Shown here piece by piece: positions 8,777 through 18,570 of a DNA stretch of 64,000 bases (within the stretch, counting starts at the first letter, position 1; each line of letters starts with the position of its first letter). Below the pieces are notes generated by a model. The model worked only from the letters and a program-made list of their open reading frames with translations, did not search any database and was not told the DNA's origin. The position numbers and the translations under genes were made by a program. The DNA comes from Candidatus Latescibacterota bacterium (GTDB lineage: Bacteria; Latescibacterota; UBA2968; GCA-2709665): positions 2,592,001 through 2,656,000 of the forward strand of contig OZ241917.1 in NCBI GenBank assembly GCA_965203805.1, written 5' to 3'.

Positions 8777-9882
8777 AACACAGGAACGCAGCAGCGATTG
8801 CCGTGCTCGCGCTGGGCGCCTGCGTGCTGTCGTGCGGGCCGCGGGAGGACACCGAAACGGGCGGGTCGGCCGACCAGGGCGTGGATACGCTCCGGGCGGT
8901 CCCTGTCGAAGCCAGGGTCGTGCGCCGGGAAATCGTGGAGGAGGCGGTCGAAGTCGCGGGCGTCATTCTGCCGCACGGCGCGGTGGACGTGGTCGCCGAG
9001 ACCGGCGGGAGGCTGACGGACGTCAGGGCCGAGGTCGGCGCGCGCGTCACGGCCGGGGACACCCTGGCCGTGATCGACGACCGCGTGGCCCGGAGCCGCC
9101 TGGAACATGCCATCGCGCAGGTCCTTTCCTCGGAAAACAACCTGAATATCGCGCGACTGAATTTCGAGAGCGACCGGCAGCTTCTGGATTCCGGAGACAT
9201 TTCCAGGCTGGCGTTCGAGACGTCCCGGTTTGCCGTCAAGTCCGCGGAAGCCAGGTTGAAATCGAACCAGGCCGAACTGAGTCGCGCGCGCAAAGGGTTC
9301 GAAGACACCCGGCTGACGAGCCCGATCGACGGATGGGTATCCAGAAAGCGCGTGGAGCCCGGAGCGATGATATCCGCCGGCGCGCCGGCCTATCGGGTCG
9401 TCGATCTGACAACCATGAAGATCACGCTCGGAATCCCCCAGACGGCCATCGGCCGCATCCGGACAGGCGGCCCGGTACGCATTACCGTCGCGGCGCTGGG
9501 TCGCCGGGGGTTCGATGGTACCGTCCGCTATATCTCCCCGCAAGCCGAAGAGGAAACCGGAGCGTTTCCCGTCGAAGTCCACGTGGCCAACACGTCCGAT
9601 ACGTCGATCCGCGGGGGGATGTCGGCCCGCTGCCGTGTGATGCTGGGCGGATCGAGTCCTCAGTTCGTCGTTCCCGGCAACACGGTCCTCGCGCGAAACG
9701 GCAGGGAGCATGTCTATCGGATCCGGAAAGGCATTGCGCGCCTCACCGAGGTAACGACCCGCGAAACGTTCGGTTCGCGGGTTTCCGTGGAAACCGGGCT
9801 CGCGGAGGGAGACACGATCGTCGTCGGGGGCATGCTGCGTCTGGGCGTGGAAACCCCCGTGACGATTCGCGCCTTTCGATGA
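8773..9882 (+). CDS. Efflux RND transporter periplasmic adaptor (MFP), lipoprotein
   Basis: Lipobox VLSC, GARVTAGDTL, TRLTSPIDGWV, GLAEGDTIVV. Confidence 0.9.
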   Translation: MKHRNAAAIAVLALGACVLSCGPREDTETGGSADQGVDTLRAVPVEARVVRREIVEEAVEVAGVILPHGAVDVVAETGGRLTDVRAEVGARVTAGDTLAVIDDRVARSRLEHAIAQVLSSENNLNIARLNFESDRQLLDSGDISRLAFETSRFAVKSAEARLKSNQAELSRARKGFEDTRLTSPIDGWVSRKRVEPGAMISAGAPAYRVVDLTTMKITLGIPQTAIGRIRTGGPVRITVAALGRRGFDGTVRYISPQAEEETGAFPVEVHVANTSDTSIRGGMSARCRVMLGGSSPQFVVPGNTVLARNGREHVYRIRKGIARLTEVTTRETFGSRVSVETGLAEGDTIVVGGMLRLGVETPVTIRAFR

Positions 9883-9927
9883 GTCGAACGGACGTCGTAA
9901 GGACCCGGTTCATGAGGCATTCCTGAT

Positions 9928-12900
9928 ATGTCGATCGTGAAATTCTCGGTTCGAAACCCGGTATTGGTGAACCTGGTCATGGTGGGCCTGCTCTGCTTCG
10001 GCGGCATCAGTCTCTTCAGCATGCCGCAGGAGATGAACCCGCAGATCGACTTCAACTGGGTGACTGTCTCGATCCCGTACCCGGGCGCGAGCCCTGAAGA
10101 GGTGGAGAGCCTGATCGTCGTCCCCATCGAAGCGGAAATCCACGACCTGAACAAAATCGACGAGTTGCAGTCCACGGCAGACGCTGGCCTGGCCCTGTTC
10201 CTCGTCAAGTTCGAAGACATGTCGGAGTCCGAATTCAGGGAGGTCTACACGGACCTCAAGGGGCGCATCGACCGGGTAGAGCTCCCGGATGCGGCAGAGG
10301 ACCCTGAGGTGGACGACTTCGACAGCGGCGATTTCCTGCCCGTACTCACGGTCAACATGGCATTCACGATCCCGGAGGAAAATGCCCAGATCGTCGCCGA
10401 CGATCTCGAGGATGACCTGAAAGACATATCCGGCGTGGCCAGGGTGCAGGTTGCGGGCCTCCCCGAACGGGAAATCTGGGTCGAAGTCGATCCCTCCCGG
10501 CTGGCTGCACGCGGCCTGACGGTCCTGGACGTCGTCCGGGCGATGCAGGCGAGAAACCTGAACGTATCCGGAGGCACCCTCACCTACCGCGCGAAGGAGT
10601 ACGCCATCCGGTCCCTGGCGGAATTCCGGAGCGTGGAGGAGATTCGCGAGACAATCGTCCGGACGGCTCCCCGCGGGGAGACCGTCAGAGTCAGGGACGT
10701 CGCCAGGGTCCGGGACCGACGTGAAGAACCCCAGGTCCTCTCCAGGCTGAACGGCAAGCCGTCCATCACGTTCTCTCTATCGAAGAAAACCGACGCGAAT
10801 ACGAACGACATGATCCTGGCCGTCAAGGAGACGATCCGCAGGTACGAGGAACGCGTACCGGACGGTATCGGCTTTACCTTTACGGACGACAATTCCGTCT
10901 ACATCAACCGGGTGATCGCGGCGCTACGGAACAACGCGGTCACGGGCATGGTGCTCATTTCACTCGTGCTCTGGCTTTTCCTGGGCTCCTGGAACGCCTT
11001 TCTCGCGACGATCGGGATACCCATTTCATTCTTCATCACCTTCATTCTGCTGGGCATTTTCGGATATACCATAAACGGGAGCACGCTGTTCGCGATGGTG
11101 ATGGTACTGGGCATCATTGTGGATGACGCCATCATCGTGATCGAGAACTGCCACCGCTACCGGCTGCAGGGCCACGGCGCCGGCGAGGCCGCCGTCCTGG
11201 GCGCGGGCGAAGTGACAACGCCGATTATCAGTTCCGTAGGCACCAACATTGCCGCCTTCCTTCCCTTGATCCTTCTTCCGGGCGTGATGGGGAAGTTCAT
11301 GCGGATCATCCCGTTGACCTTCGCGCTGGCGCTGGCCGCCTCCGTGTTCGAGGCCTTCGTCCTCCTGCCTTCGCACTACGCCGAATGGACCCGGCGGTCC
11401 AACGCCCACAAAAGAGGCGAACAGCCGTTTTTCAGGAGACTCCGCAGAATCTACGGTCGAATGCTGGTCCGCACGCTGCGGCGGCGCTACTGGGTGATCG
11501 GCGCCCTGGTCGGCGTCCTCATCGGCGCCTTGATGATCCTCGGCCGGCTCCCCATCGACATCTATGCCGACGATGAACTGGACGCGTTCAAGGTGCTCAT
11601 CAAATTCCCCGAAGGAACCAGCCTGCACGAGTCGGATCGCGTCACCCGCGCCTACGAGGCCGAGGCCCTCCGGCTTTCCGAAGCGGACGTCGAAGGCGTC
11701 GTCGTGAACGTCGGTCTCCTGCAGAGCAACAACGAGTGGCTGACGCGGAAGAGCGTCTCACAGGTCCTCGTACAGCTCAAGCCCAAAGAGAAACGCGCAA
11801 GAATGTCGGACGAACTGATGGAAATGCTCCGGGAGCGCACGGAGCACATCGAGGGACCCGCTTCGGTCAGCTTCGAGCTGTTCGCCGGAGGGCCGCCCGA
11901 AGGCAAACCGATCTCCGTGAAGGTTCAGGGTCGCTATCTCGACCGGATGAAGGAAGCCGCGCTTGTGCTTCAGGACTCGCTGCGCCGGATCCCCGGCACG
12001 CTGGAAGTGACAGACGACTTCCCGCCCGGCAAGGAGACGATCCGGATCGAAGTGGATGAAGTCAGAGCGGCGCTGTACGGTTTCTCGGCGCAGGACGTGG
12101 CCCTGAACGTCCGGTACGCGTTCGACGGGGTCAGGGCCACGACGTTCAGGGATGGAGACGAAGAGGTGGGCGTCATCGTACAGTACGACAGAGCAAACCG
12201 GTCGACCGTGGAAGACGTGCTGAACGTACAGGTGACGAACGCAAGCGGGCTTACGGTCGCGCTGCGGGACATGGTCTCGTTCTCAATCGGCCCGGGACGC
12301 ACGAAGATCAAGCGCTTCGACCGGAATCGGACCATCATCGTCACCGGCGAGATCGACGAAGCCGTATTGACATTGGATCAGATCAACAACAGAATGCTCG
12401 AGATCTTTCCGTCGATCGAAGCGCAGTATTCCGACGTGAGCTTTCATATCGGCGGGGAGTTTACGGATTTCCTGGAAGCGTTCGACAACGTCGCGGCGCT
12501 GTTCGTCGTCAGCCTGATTCTGATGTTTCTGATCCTTGGAACCCAGTTCAATTCCTACGCTCAACCCCTGGTGATCCTGACTTCCGTACCCTTCGCGATC
12601 ATCGGCGCGCTGCTCGGTCTGTTGATTTCGGGCAACCCCTTCAGTCTGATTTCGATATTCGGCTTCGTCGCCCTGGCGGGAATCGTCGTCAACGACGCCA
12701 TTGTGATGGTGGCTTTCATGAACAGACGGCGACGTCCCGGCGGGTCCGTGACGAACGTCTGGCGGAGCATCGTGAACGCGGGGCGGTTGCGGCTGCGGCC
12801 GATCATCCTCACTTCGGTGACCACGATATCCGGCCTGATGCCGATGGCCATCGGCATCGGCGGAAAGTCGGCCCTCTGGTCGCCGCTGGCGAACGTCATC

Positions 12901-13017
12901 CTTTTCGGCATGCTCGTGTCCACCGTGCTGACGTTATTCGTGATACCCTGCTTCATGGCTGTCCTGGACGATATCAAACGCGTGCGAAAAAAGGCGCGGT
13001 TGCGACCTGCTGCATAA
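9928..13017 (+). CDS. AcrB/AcrD/AcrF-family RND permease
   Basis: YPGASPEEVE, GIIVDDAIIVIEN, GIVVNDAIV, RLRPIILTS; 1029 aa. Confidence 0.95.
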   Translation: MSIVKFSVRNPVLVNLVMVGLLCFGGISLFSMPQEMNPQIDFNWVTVSIPYPGASPEEVESLIVVPIEAEIHDLNKIDELQSTADAGLALFLVKFEDMSESEFREVYTDLKGRIDRVELPDAAEDPEVDDFDSGDFLPVLTVNMAFTIPEENAQIVADDLEDDLKDISGVARVQVAGLPEREIWVEVDPSRLAARGLTVLDVVRAMQARNLNVSGGTLTYRAKEYAIRSLAEFRSVEEIRETIVRTAPRGETVRVRDVARVRDRREEPQVLSRLNGKPSITFSLSKKTDANTNDMILAVKETIRRYEERVPDGIGFTFTDDNSVYINRVIAALRNNAVTGMVLISLVLWLFLGSWNAFLATIGIPISFFITFILLGIFGYTINGSTLFAMVMVLGIIVDDAIIVIENCHRYRLQGHGAGEAAVLGAGEVTTPIISSVGTNIAAFLPLILLPGVMGKFMRIIPLTFALALAASVFEAFVLLPSHYAEWTRRSNAHKRGEQPFFRRLRRIYGRMLVRTLRRRYWVIGALVGVLIGALMILGRLPIDIYADDELDAFKVLIKFPEGTSLHESDRVTRAYEAEALRLSEADVEGVVVNVGLLQSNNEWLTRKSVSQVLVQLKPKEKRARMSDELMEMLRERTEHIEGPASVSFELFAGGPPEGKPISVKVQGRYLDRMKEAALVLQDSLRRIPGTLEVTDDFPPGKETIRIEVDEVRAALYGFSAQDVALNVRYAFDGVRATTFRDGDEEVGVIVQYDRANRSTVEDVLNVQVTNASGLTVALRDMVSFSIGPGRTKIKRFDRNRTIIVTGEIDEAVLTLDQINNRMLEIFPSIEAQYSDVSFHIGGEFTDFLEAFDNVAALFVVSLILMFLILGTQFNSYAQPLVILTSVPFAIIGALLGLLISGNPFSLISIFGFVALAGIVVNDAIVMVAFMNRRRRPGGSVTNVWRSIVNAGRLRLRPIILTSVTTISGLMPMAIGIGGKSALWSPLANVILFGMLVSTVLTLFVIPCFMAVLDDIKRVRKKARLRPAA

Positions 13018-13319
13018 TCGACCGGGGCAATCGCTCACGGTTGAACATTGGCTCGCGCTCTCGCCTTACTGTAAGGTATCGACGAAAATCGGAGGGATCG
13101 GTACAATCGAGCGCTCCACCCGGAGAAACACGGAACTATTCCAAAGCTTGTGATTCGTAGAACAACACATCCAATTGAGCTTGATTTGAAATAGCAATGT
13201 GCATTGTTGTGGAATTGTTTCTGTCCTGCTGAAACGTAGCTCGAAATAACGCCAATAGCGGAAAATTACATTGATGTAGAATCAAAAATGCGCGGCAACG
13301 ACGAAGGCGGGAGGTTCCA

Positions 13320-14315
13320 ATGAACAAACACGAATCCATACTATCAGTTCGATTCGATGGCACTGGAGTTGGCGCAGGTAGAATTCCTGTCTCTCATTTG
13401 CTACGATTTCTTTCCAATTTCAACAAGGTGCTTCATCGGACAGGCAGAGTGCTGCAGGGCGACACGGAAAGCTTGCGACGTGGCCAACCGCCTCAGCGCA
13501 TTGCATCTGAGGTTGAGCTTGAGTTGGTATCACTAACGCACGGAAGCCCAGCGGCGGTGTTGTCCTTCGATCGCGTACAGCAGCACCTCAACTTTCCAGA
13601 GATGGATTTTGGACTGCAAATCCTGGAAAGCGCCATCGGCGGACTCGAAACAGTCCAGCGGAAAAACGCCAATTACACGTTCCCGGAGGGATACGATACC
13701 GGTGTATTGATGGCTTGGCGTGACCTCGGAAAACTCTTCGGTCACGGTATCGAAAAGATCGAATTTACGTTGTCCCATTCACAGAAGCCAGTCCAGGCCT
13801 CCCTAACACCTGAAGGCGTTGCACACATCAAAGATAGGATTAAGGGACCTCAGGTAAACATCCGCGTAATCGAAGGGCGACTGTTGATGGCAGACTTCAA
13901 GGAGGACGGTACGCGATTCCGTGTGCATCCGTCAACTGGAGATCCGGTTCTTTGTCTGTTCGATGAAGAGCAAAAGGACGAAGTCTTGGAGAACATTCTG
14001 CAATACGTCCGCGTAGTTGGAGAGGCACGAGAAGATCCCGTGTCTCGAAAGATAGCGGAAATCAACATTCACGATATTGAGAGGCTGGATGAACTGCAAA
14101 ACGAAGCAACCGACCTACTGCCTCGCGGGACGCCAATTTCGCAGTCGTTTTGGAATTCGCCAACATTTCAGGAACTGGCGCGGACGCAGAACGTGCAGCC
14201 AATGGCAGACGTCAGGGTGCTGTTTGGTACCTGGCCGGACGACGAAGACGACGGCTTCGAGGCTTCAATTGACGAACTGCGACATCGTCGCGCCGAGACA
14301 GGTCCTTGGTCATGA
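13320..14315 (+). CDS. Hypothetical protein with C-terminal antitoxin-like acidic tail
   Basis: 331-aa lower-GC ORF with GGAGG SD; ATGA-coupled to the PIN gene. Confidence 0.7.
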   Translation: MNKHESILSVRFDGTGVGAGRIPVSHLLRFLSNFNKVLHRTGRVLQGDTESLRRGQPPQRIASEVELELVSLTHGSPAAVLSFDRVQQHLNFPEMDFGLQILESAIGGLETVQRKNANYTFPEGYDTGVLMAWRDLGKLFGHGIEKIEFTLSHSQKPVQASLTPEGVAHIKDRIKGPQVNIRVIEGRLLMADFKEDGTRFRVHPSTGDPVLCLFDEEQKDEVLENILQYVRVVGEAREDPVSRKIAEINIHDIERLDELQNEATDLLPRGTPISQSFWNSPTFQELARTQNVQPMADVRVLFGTWPDDEDDGFEASIDELRHRRAETGPWS

Positions 14316-14719
14316 GCGGATCCAGGGTCATTCTCGACACGAATATAGTTTCCTATCTGATGAAAGGTGGCCAGCTTGCTGCAGCATATGTGCCACATCT
14401 CCAAGGTCGGTTACTTGCAATCACTTTTGTTACTGTTGGAGAACTCTATTTCGGCGCGGAGAAACAAGGTTGGGGCGAAAAAAGACTAAGAACGCTTGAG
14501 ACCAACCTCCGTAACTTTGTGGTCATACCGTACGACTACGAGATTGCCCGGTGCTATGGCAAGGTGGTCGCGGAACGTCATCGCAAAGGACGACCGATTT
14601 CAGATAACGACGCATGGATAGCTGCCTGTACCGTAAGACATGGTATTCCATTGATTACACACAATGTAAAGGATTTTGAAAGCATTACTGCGCTTCAGTT
14701 AATCTCCGAGAATCGATAG
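14312..14719 (+). CDS. vapC: VapC-family PIN domain toxin
   Basis: ILDTNIVS, GELYFG, NDAWIAA, LITHNVKDF. Confidence 0.9.
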   Translation: MSGSRVILDTNIVSYLMKGGQLAAAYVPHLQGRLLAITFVTVGELYFGAEKQGWGEKRLRTLETNLRNFVVIPYDYEIARCYGKVVAERHRKGRPISDNDAWIAACTVRHGIPLITHNVKDFESITALQLISENR

Positions 14720-14823
14720 GCGCACTTGCGTCCTGTGTAACTTGTCGAGGGCGAACCGAGAGGCTACCGGGAGATTAACTCGCCGTTGTACGCCGACTGG
14801 CGCCTTACACAAAGGAGACTGGA

Positions 14824-15708
14824 ATGGCACTGACCGACGCGGAATTGAAACAGTACGAGGAACTTGGCGCCGTCACGATCGACAGCCCGTTCACGTCCGC
14901 GGAGCTCGACCGGGCGGAAGCCGCGTGGGACCGGCTGACGGCGAGCGGCCGGCCGCCGTACGAAGATCCCGACTATCTGGACGTCTTCCAGCATCCGTAC
15001 TTTGAAGACGTGGCAAGGAAACTGTTGCGGGCGGATGCCGTGCATCTCTGGTGGGGCGTGTCGCCCCACGGCCGTCACCCGGCCAAAGCGCCCTTTGGGA
15101 GCATCCGCGACCAGTGGGCAAGCGGATGCCACACCGACATCCAGGCCACGTGGGACGACTTCCAGGCGACGCCCCGCAGGATGCGCGCGGAGCTGTGGTT
15201 CTGGCTCAACGACGTGCCGGAGCATCGGGGGGCGATGCGCATATTGCCCGGAAGCCACCGACCCATTATGGAATACTGGAGCCGCGTCCTCACGCCGGAG
15301 CACAAGGCGATGCTGCCTCGCGTTCACGGGGTGCGTCCGAGTCCGGCCGAAGGCACGGGGTCCTATCCGGAGCATGTGCCCGACCTGACCGGTACGCCCT
15401 GGCTGGATCAGGAGCCGGCGCCTATGGTGGCCCGTCGAGGACAGATGCTGATTCTATGCAGTTCCGGCCTGCACTCGGCCTGGCAGAACGAGGATACCGC
15501 GCCCCGAAAGGCGATGCTTTCGGCATGGGCCGCCACGGGCGTTTCCTGCGGACTGCCCAAGGGCCAGCGCGACTCGCTGATGGCGTTCTTCCCCCGGCTG
15601 CGGGAGAAACTGCGCCCGGAACGGGCTCACATCGTTCCGGAAGACTTCGAATGGCTCTTCGAGAGCAACTACGAGCCGAAGTGGCCCGAGACGTTTATCG
15701 GGACATAG
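14824..15708 (+). CDS. PhyH-family 2OG/Fe(II) dioxygenase
   Basis: HTD, PGSH and distal LHSA motifs. Confidence 0.8.
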   Translation: MALTDAELKQYEELGAVTIDSPFTSAELDRAEAAWDRLTASGRPPYEDPDYLDVFQHPYFEDVARKLLRADAVHLWWGVSPHGRHPAKAPFGSIRDQWASGCHTDIQATWDDFQATPRRMRAELWFWLNDVPEHRGAMRILPGSHRPIMEYWSRVLTPEHKAMLPRVHGVRPSPAEGTGSYPEHVPDLTGTPWLDQEPAPMVARRGQMLILCSSGLHSAWQNEDTAPRKAMLSAWAATGVSCGLPKGQRDSLMAFFPRLREKLRPERAHIVPEDFEWLFESNYEPKWPETFIGT

Positions 15709-16526
15709 TTCAGACTCAAAAGTGCCTCGCCATTCGGCCGACGACTTATCCCGTCGCTGGGTGTTGCTTGCGCTGCTTGCACTGAGCTTGCCGAAGCGGC
15801 TTGTCGAAGTGCCATCGCTGGACGACGTTGCTCAGGTCGCTTGTTGTCGGTCACAACCCCCTTTGGAACTAACCTCTTGGGGGACAAAGGCTTTATCTCT
15901 TCCACCAACTCTCATTTTCTCTTCGTCCTTTTTCTTGTACGCCCAAGAAAAAGGACCAAAAAGAACGGCGCCTGCCTGCCGAGCAGGCTTCGGCCTGTCT
16001 GCCGTTCCAACGGGACAGGCAGGCGCAGGCAGGCCGCTCGGCGCGGGGCCGGTTTTTCCGTGAACCACCTCAGTGGCGCAATTGGAATTTGGTTGCCCTT
16101 TCACCGAAACCGCCCATCCCGAACGATGTTGCTGGACGGAATAGCACGGAAAAACCCCTCCCTTCACCACCGTGCGGAGCGTAGGTCGTCCGGGGAGTTC
16201 ATCCTGGTGGATTCGCGTGGATCCGCCGATTGTATTTTGCTGTATGTTTTTCGGTCAAGCTGACAACTGTGGGCTGATTGCTGGTTCTGCTCCCCCTCTC
16301 CCCCCGGGAGAGGGGGCCGGGGGGAGAGGTTTGCGGGGCTGAGGGTGGTTCGCTCTCGGCTGAACGCCGACCGCTGATAGCTGTTTTTCGATGGCAGGGA
16401 ATTTGGGGAAAAGGGGATTTTGAACTTGATCTTGGATTTTGGTTCAAGCTGACTGCTGATGGCTGAACGCTGATCGCTGCTTTTCTCCAGCCGAATTCAA
16501 GCGAACTATCTCCGGGACAGAACACT
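15707..16526. mobile_element. Non-coding ~820-bp MITE-like element, copy 1 (left end degenerate)
   Basis: Colinear with 56391-57231 over ~550 bp and again at the right end (GGGACAGAACACT); carries nested palindromes, a CCCCTCTCCC..GGGAGAGGGG hairpin and GCTGANN heptamers (16448-16479). Confidence 0.7.
15971..16033. mobile_element. Nested micro-palindrome insertion (33 + 30 bp)
   Basis: Absent at the homologous site 56632/56633 (aagaacggcg|ccgctcggcg); no duplication of flanks. Confidence 0.85.
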
Positions 16527-16549
16527 GTGACACACTTGGAGGGAACGCC

Positions 16550-17773
16550 ATGCAACCGGTCGACCGCGATCGATTCCTGGAAGAGGGCTACCTTGTGGTC
16601 AGGGAAGCCATTCCCCGCGAGAAGCTGCAGGAAGTTCGCCGGGTCTACGAAACGCTGGTGAACCGCCAGCGGGAAAACTGGACGGCCATGCGAAAGGAAG
16701 GCGACCCGCCGGGAGGCGAGTGGGAGACGAGCCCGCAACCCCGCCTCATGCTCCAGCGGCCGCCGCTGATCCGCGGGATCGATGAAGAGACGGCGCCCGC
16801 GGTCGAGGTGTGGCTGGAGCCGAACATCCAGGGCGTCAGCTCCCGGCTTCTGGGCGTTGCGGACGCGGCGGTAACCGAAATGATGATGATGTGCAACCCG
16901 GTCCGAGACCACGGCCCGGCGAAATGGCATCGCGACCACCACCCGATCGACACCGCTCCCCTCCAGGGATATATCGACGACATCCTCGAAGGGGGACCTC
17001 GTTACGTCCAATGGAACATACCCCTTTACGACGACAGCGTCCTGGTGGTGATTCCGGGCAGCCACGTGAGGTTCAACACGACCCGGGAAAACGAGTGCCT
17101 GCTGGCCGATCCTTGCCGGCCCTTGCCGAACGGCGTCCGGACCCGCCTCGAAGCGGGCGACGGCGTTGTGTACATCCTCCCGCTTCTCCACTGGGGCAGC
17201 AATTACAGCCCCAGGTTGAGACGGACCATACACGGCGGGTTTTCCACCCACACGTCGATTGACGATCTCTCGTTCGCGGAACACCTATCGACGGGAACGG
17301 CAGCCGCGTTCGAGCGCTGGAATCAACGGAGCCTGGAGATGAAGGGTCACACGGAGGAAGCGCTCAGAGCGGTTGTCGAATGCGACGGGGAGGGGTATAA
17401 CGCGGCGTTGAACCGGCTTCATCCGGGCCGGAGCGAAAAGGGAAAGATGCTCACCACGGTCTTCCTGTGCAAGGCCGCATTGGCGATCCGACTTGCCAAA
17501 AACGCGCCGTATCCCGATGTACCCGATGAGCTCTCGCGCCGGCTTCGGGGCGCGCATCCGATCACGCTCAACTGGGGTCCGGCGTTCGCGAAACGGTTCG
17601 ACGAATCAGAGGCGGAGACGTTGTGGAAACGGTTCGAACCGCTGGACCGGTTGCTCCGATCGGATGCGGAGCATTTCGTGCCGGGATTTCAGTCCGGACC
17701 GATGCAATATCACTTCAACGAGATGCCGGAGGGTTACACGACCTCGGATTTCATCGCGGGATGGGGTTCGTGA
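16550..17773 (+). CDS. PhyH-family dioxygenase with C-terminal extension
   Basis: WHRD, VIPGSH, LLHWGS; GGAGG SD. Confidence 0.8.
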   Translation: MQPVDRDRFLEEGYLVVREAIPREKLQEVRRVYETLVNRQRENWTAMRKEGDPPGGEWETSPQPRLMLQRPPLIRGIDEETAPAVEVWLEPNIQGVSSRLLGVADAAVTEMMMMCNPVRDHGPAKWHRDHHPIDTAPLQGYIDDILEGGPRYVQWNIPLYDDSVLVVIPGSHVRFNTTRENECLLADPCRPLPNGVRTRLEAGDGVVYILPLLHWGSNYSPRLRRTIHGGFSTHTSIDDLSFAEHLSTGTAAAFERWNQRSLEMKGHTEEALRAVVECDGEGYNAALNRLHPGRSEKGKMLTTVFLCKAALAIRLAKNAPYPDVPDELSRRLRGAHPITLNWGPAFAKRFDESEAETLWKRFEPLDRLLRSDAEHFVPGFQSGPMQYHFNEMPEGYTTSDFIAGWGS

Positions 17774-17897
17774 AGGCGGGCGGGGATGGACTCCTCGCGC
17801 CGCGTCGGACCTGTCTCGTCCGGACCAGCATTCTGTCCGGAATACAGGTCGCCTGAATTCGACCGCCAATTTGTGCGACTGGCATGGCGCCTGAGAC

Positions 17898-18013
17898 CTG
17901 AGCCGCTCCCTGAGCTTGTCGAAGGGTCGGCGAAGGTGGTTAAAGAACGCCATATGGGTTACGAAACACGGGCATTTCGACAAGCCGTTTCGACAAGCTC
18001 AACGCACGCAATG
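17898..18013. repeat. Cluster of TGAGCTTGTCGAA-type REP-like palindromes
   Basis: ctgagccgctccctgagcttgtcgaagggtcggcgaagg (also at 36463-36524) and nested catttcgacaagc[cgtttcgacaagctcaacgcacg]caatg. Confidence 0.75.
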
Positions 18014-18134
18014 ACCACGTTTCGAAGCGTTCGCTTCGACAGGCCGTTATGACCGGCTCAGGGCCAGACGCTCACACATCGTCCGGCATAACAGGGGATA
18101 CTTCGTCAGAGGGAGCGGCAGGCGTTGGAGGGGT

Positions 18135-18350
18135 TTACTCAGAGGCGTCTAAGCGTGCATCGTTTTTGGCAATACGTTCGCCGAAGGAATCCAGGCGTGT
18201 GTCGATCCGATCCAGGCGGGATTCGATCTTGTCAAAGCGAGCGTCCATTTTGTCTTCGAGTCTGTTTGCAAGCGTCCACATGGCGCCTGTCAGGGTGAAC
18301 AGAAAGACGGCCCTGCGGATGTTATCGGCAATGAAGATTTTCCCAATCAT
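18135..18350 (-). CDS. Small membrane-anchored coiled-coil protein
   Basis: GGAG SD, one hydrophobic segment, then heptad repeats RFDKIESRLDRIDTRLD. Confidence 0.55.
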   Translation of the reverse strand: MIGKIFIADNIRRAVFLFTLTGAMWTLANRLEDKMDARFDKIESRLDRIDTRLDSFGERIAKNDARLDASE

Positions 18351-18570
18351 GGCATACTCCGCCGGTGTTGTTTACTGGAAAAATGTCCAGGTTTTCAATT
18401 CTTGTCAAGGACAGATATATTACTTGCAAGAGGTGCGTTCAGGCATCGTCCGGCGTGACAGGTCAACGTTGGGGTATCCTTAAGCAAGCCACTTAACAGT
18501 AGGGATTATCACAACTTTTGGTTGACCTTGACGGGCTCGAACGGGACCGTTTGACCACGCACATAATTAT

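Noticed and set aside
14735-14795. attC-like remnant after vapC (GTGTAAC...GTTGTAC); similar hint near 61610
   Set aside because: R and L boxes pair poorly; no integron integrase or cassette array
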